Positions 19,627 to 24,000 of a DNA stretch of 24,000 nucleotides are shown here, piece after piece (within the stretch, counting starts at the first letter, position 1; every line of letters begins with the position of its first letter). The translations under genes and the position numbers were made by a program. This DNA is from Propionicimonas sp. (GTDB lineage: Bacteria; Actinomycetota; Actinomycetes; Propionibacteriales; Propionibacteriaceae): positions 40,766-64,765 of the forward strand of contig DAIPJC010000003.1 of the NCBI GenBank assembly GCA_036770475.1, read 5' to 3'. The notes under the pieces are model-generated. The model worked only from the letters and a program-made list of their open reading frames with translations, did not search any database and had not been told where the DNA came from.

Positions 19627-20679
19627 ATGAGCAGTCGGGAGGAACAGGTGACGGACGCACCGCCGCGATTCAGCCGCCCGGCGAAGGTGGTCGACATCGC
19701 TCGCCGCGCCGGCGTCTCCACCAAGTCGGTGTCGCGAGTGCTGAACGGCGAGCCCTACGTCGCCGACGCCATGCGCAAGCGGGTCCTGGACGCCGTCGAG
19801 GAACTCGGCTACGTCATCGACCAGCGCGCCCGGATGCTGCGCACGCAGCGGTCGGGATACTTCGGGTTGATCATCCCGGACATCCGCAATGGCTACTTCG
19901 CCCAGCTCACCAACTATCTGGAGAAGCGGCTCGCCTCGACGGGCGGCCTCCTCCTGCTCGGGATCTCGGACGAGTCCCCCGAGAAGGAGGACCGCTACCT
20001 GCGCCACTTCCTGGAGCAGCGCGTGGACGGACTCGCGGTCCTCCCGTCCGGATCGGAGACGCTCCCTCAGTTCGCCCGCAGCATCCCGACCGTGGTCCTG
20101 GATCGCACCTTCGCCGGACTGGAGGCGGTGGCCGACCACGTCCTGGTCAACGACGAGGTCGCCGCGTACACGCTGACCAGGCACCTGATCGACCACCACC
20201 ACCTGGAGCGGGTCCTCATGGTGGCCGGGGAGGAGTCGATCTCCAGCGTGGCAGCCCGTCGGGCCGGCTACCACCGGGCGATCTCCGAGGCCGGAATGGT
20301 CCCGATGGAGTCGTCCGGTCACCTCTCGGCGGAGAGCGCGGCCACCGGGAGCAACCAACTGTTCCGGAAGCTCGAAAGGCCCTTCGGTGTCTTCTGCACG
20401 GGCAATCGCATGTTCCTGGGCGTCGAGGCCGCCCTGCGGCGCCGCAAGATCGAGGTGCCCGACGGTGCCGCCGTGGCCACCTTCGGCGGCAGCATAGAGC
20501 GCTACTCGGCGCAGTCGTTGCCCACCCAGGCGGTACTCCCGGTACAGACGATGGTCGCCAGGGCGATGCAGCTCCTCACCGAGCGGATCAACGAGCCTGA
20601 GCAGGCCATCCGGCTGGTGCGGCTCGACTGCGACATCGAGTACGGGAGTACGTGCGGGTGCATCAGTTCCCGCTGGTGA
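19627..20679 (+). CDS. LacI-family transcriptional regulator
   Basis: 350 aa from MSSREEQV (ATG 19627), the C-terminal part of track ORF 19345..20679. The HTH is VVDIARRAGVSTKSVSRVLNGEPYVADAMRKRVLDAVEELGYVIDQRARMLR, followed by a periplasmic-binding-protein-like effector domain (FGLIIPDIRNGYFAQL...VVLDR). Confidence 0.9.
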   Translation: MSSREEQVTDAPPRFSRPAKVVDIARRAGVSTKSVSRVLNGEPYVADAMRKRVLDAVEELGYVIDQRARMLRTQRSGYFGLIIPDIRNGYFAQLTNYLEKRLASTGGLLLLGISDESPEKEDRYLRHFLEQRVDGLAVLPSGSETLPQFARSIPTVVLDRTFAGLEAVADHVLVNDEVAAYTLTRHLIDHHHLERVLMVAGEESISSVAARRAGYHRAISEAGMVPMESSGHLSAESAATGSNQLFRKLERPFGVFCTGNRMFLGVEAALRRRKIEVPDGAAVATFGGSIERYSAQSLPTQAVLPVQTMVARAMQLLTERINEPEQAIRLVRLDCDIEYGSTCGCISSRW

Positions 20680-21068
20680 GCGGCCCGGCCGACCGGCCGT
20701 GTCGCGCGTCCCTGCCAACGCAACGTTCGAGCCGGCCTGAGCCGAGGATCGCACAGACTCCATCGGCCCAGGCCGGAGCGTGAGTCGACGCCCCCCGACA
20801 CGCTCACGCTTACCGCCCGGAGCCACCCCCGAAACTGGCCCGTGAACGGTATCCGTCTACGTTAGGTGGGCATCCGGCATACCCAAGTCCCCCTACGGGT
20901 GACCGGTCACGCGCAGTCGCGGGGGGACTGGCCGAAAGCCTGGTCAGCGCAGGCGCTCGCGTGGCCGAACTCTTGCGATGCCACCGTCCCGCGGGTCGGC
21001 GAGTAGTCCATAGTGCTGAGTCGCCGGACGCCGCGGACACCTCGACTCCGCCACCACCGCCGTCCAGA

Positions 21069-23825
21069 ATGGCTGACATGGCTCAGCCGGCCCCCGGCGG
21101 ACCCTTGATCCGCACGCCCGACCAGTTGCTGCGAATCTTCGTCTCCTCGACCCTGGGCGAACTGGCGCCCGAGCGCCGCGCAGCCCGCACTGCGATCGAG
21201 CAACTGCACCTGGCACCGGTGATGTTCGAGCTCGGCGCCCGTCCGCACCCACCGCGCAAGCTGTACCGGTCCTACCTCGAGCAGAGCGACGTGTTCGTCG
21301 GTATCTACGGGGAGCGATATGGCTGGATCGCCCCCGGCGAGGAGATCTCCGGCCTCGAGGACGAGTACCGCCTGGCCGACCCGCGGATGCCCAAGCTGAT
21401 CTATCTGAAGGCCAGCGGCGCGCGCGACGAGCGGCTGGGCGAGCTGATCGAGCGGATCAAGCGGGACGACTGTGCGAGCTACGTCGCCTTCGAGACCGAG
21501 GACGACCTCCGCGAGCACCTGGTCAGCGACCTGGCCACCCTGTTGGCTGAGAGGTTCGCCTCCGGTGCGGAACCGCCGGAGGCGCCTGCAGAGGTCGAGC
21601 CGGAGGACAGCCCGGTCTTCGACCAGGTGCCGCCGCCCTATACGCCCATCGTCGGACGCGGAACGGAGATCGAGGAGCTGGTCGAGATCCTGGATGCCCG
21701 CAGGGCGCGCGTGGTGACGATCGTCGGCACCGGCGGGATCGGCAAGAGCAGGCTGGCGATCGAGGTCGCCCTACGAGCGGGGGCCCGGTTCGCCGACGGC
21801 GTGGCCTTCGTGCATCTGGAGAACGTCCTCGACCCGAAGCTGCTGCTGCCGTCCATCGCCCAGGCGCTGGGGATCGGGGAGAGCGGCGAGGCGGCCATCG
21901 AGGAGCGGCTGCCGCTGGCTCTCGCCCAGCGCCGGGTGCTGATCGTGCTGGACAATTTCGAGCAACTGGTGGACGCCGCCCCCGCCCTGGTCAGGCTGTA
22001 CGCGGCCGCGCCGGACGCGACGTTCCTCGTCACCAGCCGGGCCGTGCTGAGGATCCGCGGCGAGCACGTCTACGAGTTGCACGGTCTGTCCATGGGGGCG
22101 CTCGATTCGTCCACGGGAGCACTGGTCGAGGCTGGCGAAGCCCGGCTGCTGGCCCGAGCCGAGCGGAGCGAGGCCGTCCAGCTGTTCGTCGAGCGGGCGC
22201 GGGCCGCGCAGGGCGAGTTCGAACTGACCGAGGCCAACGTGTCGGCCGTGGTGGGGATCTGCCAGCAGCTGGAGGGTTCCCCGCTGGCGATCGAACTGGC
22301 GGCTGCCCGCGTCCGAGCCCTGACGCCGCAGGCGATCCTGCAGCGACTGGACCGTCCGCTGGCGCTGCTGGCCTCGGCGGCCAGGGACGTGCCGGCGCGC
22401 CAGCGCACACTGCAGGCCACCATCGAGTGGAGCTGCAACCTGCTGAACGCCGAACAGCGAACCCTGCTGGCCGACCTGGCGGTGTTCGCGCCGGGCTTCA
22501 CCTACGAGGCGGTGGAGGTGATCGGAGCAGGCTGCCCGTGGACGGGCCAGGAACTGGATGGCCTGGCCGCGCTGATCGACAACTCGCTGCTGCGCCAGCA
22601 GAGCCAGTCCGGCATGCCGGTGTTCTCGATGCCCGGCACCGTCCGACAATTCGCCGAGGGCCTGCTCGAGCAACGCGGGGAGATCGACGACCTCCGAGCG
22701 GCACACGCCGACTACTACACCGCGCTTGCCGCGAGGCTGGGCTCGGTGATGCGCGGCCCCGGGCAGGTGGAGACCGCGCGGCGGCTCGAACTCGAGCTGC
22801 CGAACCTCCGCACGGCGGTGCGGTACAGCGTCGAGCTGGGCCGTCCGGACGCCGCGGGCGACCTGGCGTGGTCGCTGCTGGTGTTCTGGTGGTTCGGCGG
22901 CTACTTCAGCCAGGTGCGGGTGTGGATGGAGGAGTTGCTCGCGCAGCAACGGGACCGCGCGAGCGAGCACACCCTTGCGGTGGCGAACTTCATGATCAGC
23001 TGGGTTGACATGTGGCTCAGCCCTTCCCTCGAGGTGGCCGCCGTGTTCGACGAGGTGCACGTGCGGTTCGCGCACACCGGGGACATCAGCGGGGAAGCAC
23101 TGGCCACCGCGTGCGCGGCCTTCACGCGGATCGCGCTGCCGGGAGCGGACGCGGATGTGTGCCGGGCCGACCTCGCGCACGCGGTGGAGCTGTTCGAGGG
23201 GATCGAGGACTCCTGGGGCGCCGCCCTGGCGCTGGTCGGGCTCGGCCGGGTGGAGTCGATACTCGGACGCGACGAGCGGGCGGCGGAGTGCTATGTGCGG
23301 GCGGGACGGGTCGCCAGGGAGCACTCCGACACGCTGGCGACGCTGATCACCGATCACCACATCGGGCGGGCGCAGCTGTTCGCTGGACGGCTGGACGAGG
23401 CCGAGCGGACGTTCCGGACCAGCATCGAGCTGTCGTACAGTCTCGGCCTGGACGGAGGGGTGGCCGACGGGCTGGAGGGCTTGTCGGCGATCGCAGCAGC
23501 GCGCGGCAACGGGCAGTTGGCCGGCCTGCTGTCCGGTGCGGCGGCGACGATGCGCCAACGGCTCGGCCTGTACGACGTTCCAGCGTTCGTCTTCCACGAG
23601 CGGTATCTGGACGCCGTGCGGCAGGCCGACCAGGCGGGGTTCACGGCCGCCCAGGCCCGTGGTCGCGAGTTGACCACAGACGAGGCCGTCGCACTGACCA
23701 CGCCGGAGGAGTTCGACGCTCCCGGGGCCACGGCGATGCCGGCCGAACCTGCCCGCGCGCCTGCGGATCCGTCCGCCGAGCCCGGGCCTGAAGCAGTGCT
23801 GGCGTCAGTGGCCGACCCGCGGTGA
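21069..23825 (+). CDS. STAND NTPase: DUF4062-like N-terminal domain + NB-ARC-type ATPase + winged helix + TPR-like C-terminal repeats (918 aa)
   Basis: Track ORF 20961..23825. The first 36 codons have poor third-position G/C, so I start at ATG 21069 (MADMAQ), with ATG 21078 also possible. No clear RBS is visible. The N-terminal module is LRIFVSSTLGELAPERRAARTAIEQLHLAPVMFELGARPHPPRKLYRSYLEQSDVFVGIYGERYGW. Walker A is GTGGIGKS (21726-21749) and Walker B is VLIVLDNFE (21936-21962). Further motifs are LVTSR, GSPLAIELAA and LLADLAVFAPGF, followed by about 350 aa of amphipathic helical repeats. Confidence 0.85.
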   Translation: MADMAQPAPGGPLIRTPDQLLRIFVSSTLGELAPERRAARTAIEQLHLAPVMFELGARPHPPRKLYRSYLEQSDVFVGIYGERYGWIAPGEEISGLEDEYRLADPRMPKLIYLKASGARDERLGELIERIKRDDCASYVAFETEDDLREHLVSDLATLLAERFASGAEPPEAPAEVEPEDSPVFDQVPPPYTPIVGRGTEIEELVEILDARRARVVTIVGTGGIGKSRLAIEVALRAGARFADGVAFVHLENVLDPKLLLPSIAQALGIGESGEAAIEERLPLALAQRRVLIVLDNFEQLVDAAPALVRLYAAAPDATFLVTSRAVLRIRGEHVYELHGLSMGALDSSTGALVEAGEARLLARAERSEAVQLFVERARAAQGEFELTEANVSAVVGICQQLEGSPLAIELAAARVRALTPQAILQRLDRPLALLASAARDVPARQRTLQATIEWSCNLLNAEQRTLLADLAVFAPGFTYEAVEVIGAGCPWTGQELDGLAALIDNSLLRQQSQSGMPVFSMPGTVRQFAEGLLEQRGEIDDLRAAHADYYTALAARLGSVMRGPGQVETARRLELELPNLRTAVRYSVELGRPDAAGDLAWSLLVFWWFGGYFSQVRVWMEELLAQQRDRASEHTLAVANFMISWVDMWLSPSLEVAAVFDEVHVRFAHTGDISGEALATACAAFTRIALPGADADVCRADLAHAVELFEGIEDSWGAALALVGLGRVESILGRDERAAECYVRAGRVAREHSDTLATLITDHHIGRAQLFAGRLDEAERTFRTSIELSYSLGLDGGVADGLEGLSAIAAARGNGQLAGLLSGAAATMRQRLGLYDVPAFVFHERYLDAVRQADQAGFTAAQARGRELTTDEAVALTTPEEFDAPGATAMPAEPARAPADPSAEPGPEAVLASVADPR

Positions 23826-23930
23826 GGCGCCACGAGCGTCCCAGCGCATCGGCTACGCTGCACGAACCCGCCCTGGTGCCGCTGGCAAAATCACCGAACA
23901 GCTCGCCCGACCGACGCAAGGACCACACGA

Positions 23931-24000
23931 ATGGCTGACAAATCGCTGAACCGCGACACTTCGGCGCTCGACCCGACGCCGTGGGACCATCGCTGGGGCT
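23931..24000 (+). CDS. Start of an unidentified ORF running off the right edge (23 codons visible)
   Basis: ATG 23931 has AAGGA about 10 nt upstream and reads MADKSLNRDTSALDPTPWDHRWG. 19 of 23 third positions are G/C. It is too short to assign. Confidence 0.3.
   Translation, partial: MADKSLNRDTSALDPTPWDHRWG

Noticed and set aside
21771-23597. 608-aa minus-strand ORF antisense to the STAND gene (also 20907..21518, 22030..22410 and similar)
   Set aside because: The composition is the same Arg/Pro/Gly-rich shadow type. The plus strand carries ordered Walker A/B, GxP and TPR motifs.

Overview
By eye this is a high-GC (about 70%), densely packed, actinobacterial-type chromosomal segment dominated by carbohydrate uptake and catabolism loci. 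Many adjacent genes have 1-4 nt start/stop overlaps (GTGA/ATGA). Left to right: (1) A minus-strand operon encodes a CUT1-type ABC sugar transporter (lipoprotein binding protein plus two permeases). It is followed by a glycoside hydrolase gene that runs off the left edge and is absent from the supplied ORF track. (2) A minus-strand ebgA/ebgC-like GH2 beta-galactosidase pair. (3) A divergent GntR (FadR/FCD-type) regulator, a structured tandem intergenic repeat, then a second CUT1 binding protein plus two permeases. (4) A short TspO-like 3' gene remnant, a small membrane protein, a carbon-nitrogen hydrolase and an internally duplicated VOC-family protein. (5) A CUT2 (Rbs-like) ABC transporter with its own ATPase, an FGGY sugar kinase, a divergent class II ketose-bisphosphate aldolase and a LacI-family regulator. 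(6) A 390-bp non-coding spacer followed by a 918-codon STAND (NB-ARC-type) NTPase with a DUF4062-like N-terminal module and a TPR-like C-terminus. (7) The first 23 codons of another ORF at the right edge. I recognised no rRNA, tRNA, CRISPR array, transposase or integrase. The best candidate for an uncharacterised system is the stand-alone DUF4062-like/NB-ARC/TPR protein, which has an NLR/Avs-like architecture with an uncharacterised effector module. Secondary signals are two families of AT-rich operator-like palindromes that tie the sugar loci into two predicted regulons, a 2 x 63-bp structured intergenic repeat, an in-frame 18-bp tandem repeat inside the beta-galactosidase gene, and a kinase+aldolase locus of unassigned substrate. 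All family assignments come from reading the translations. No database search was possible.
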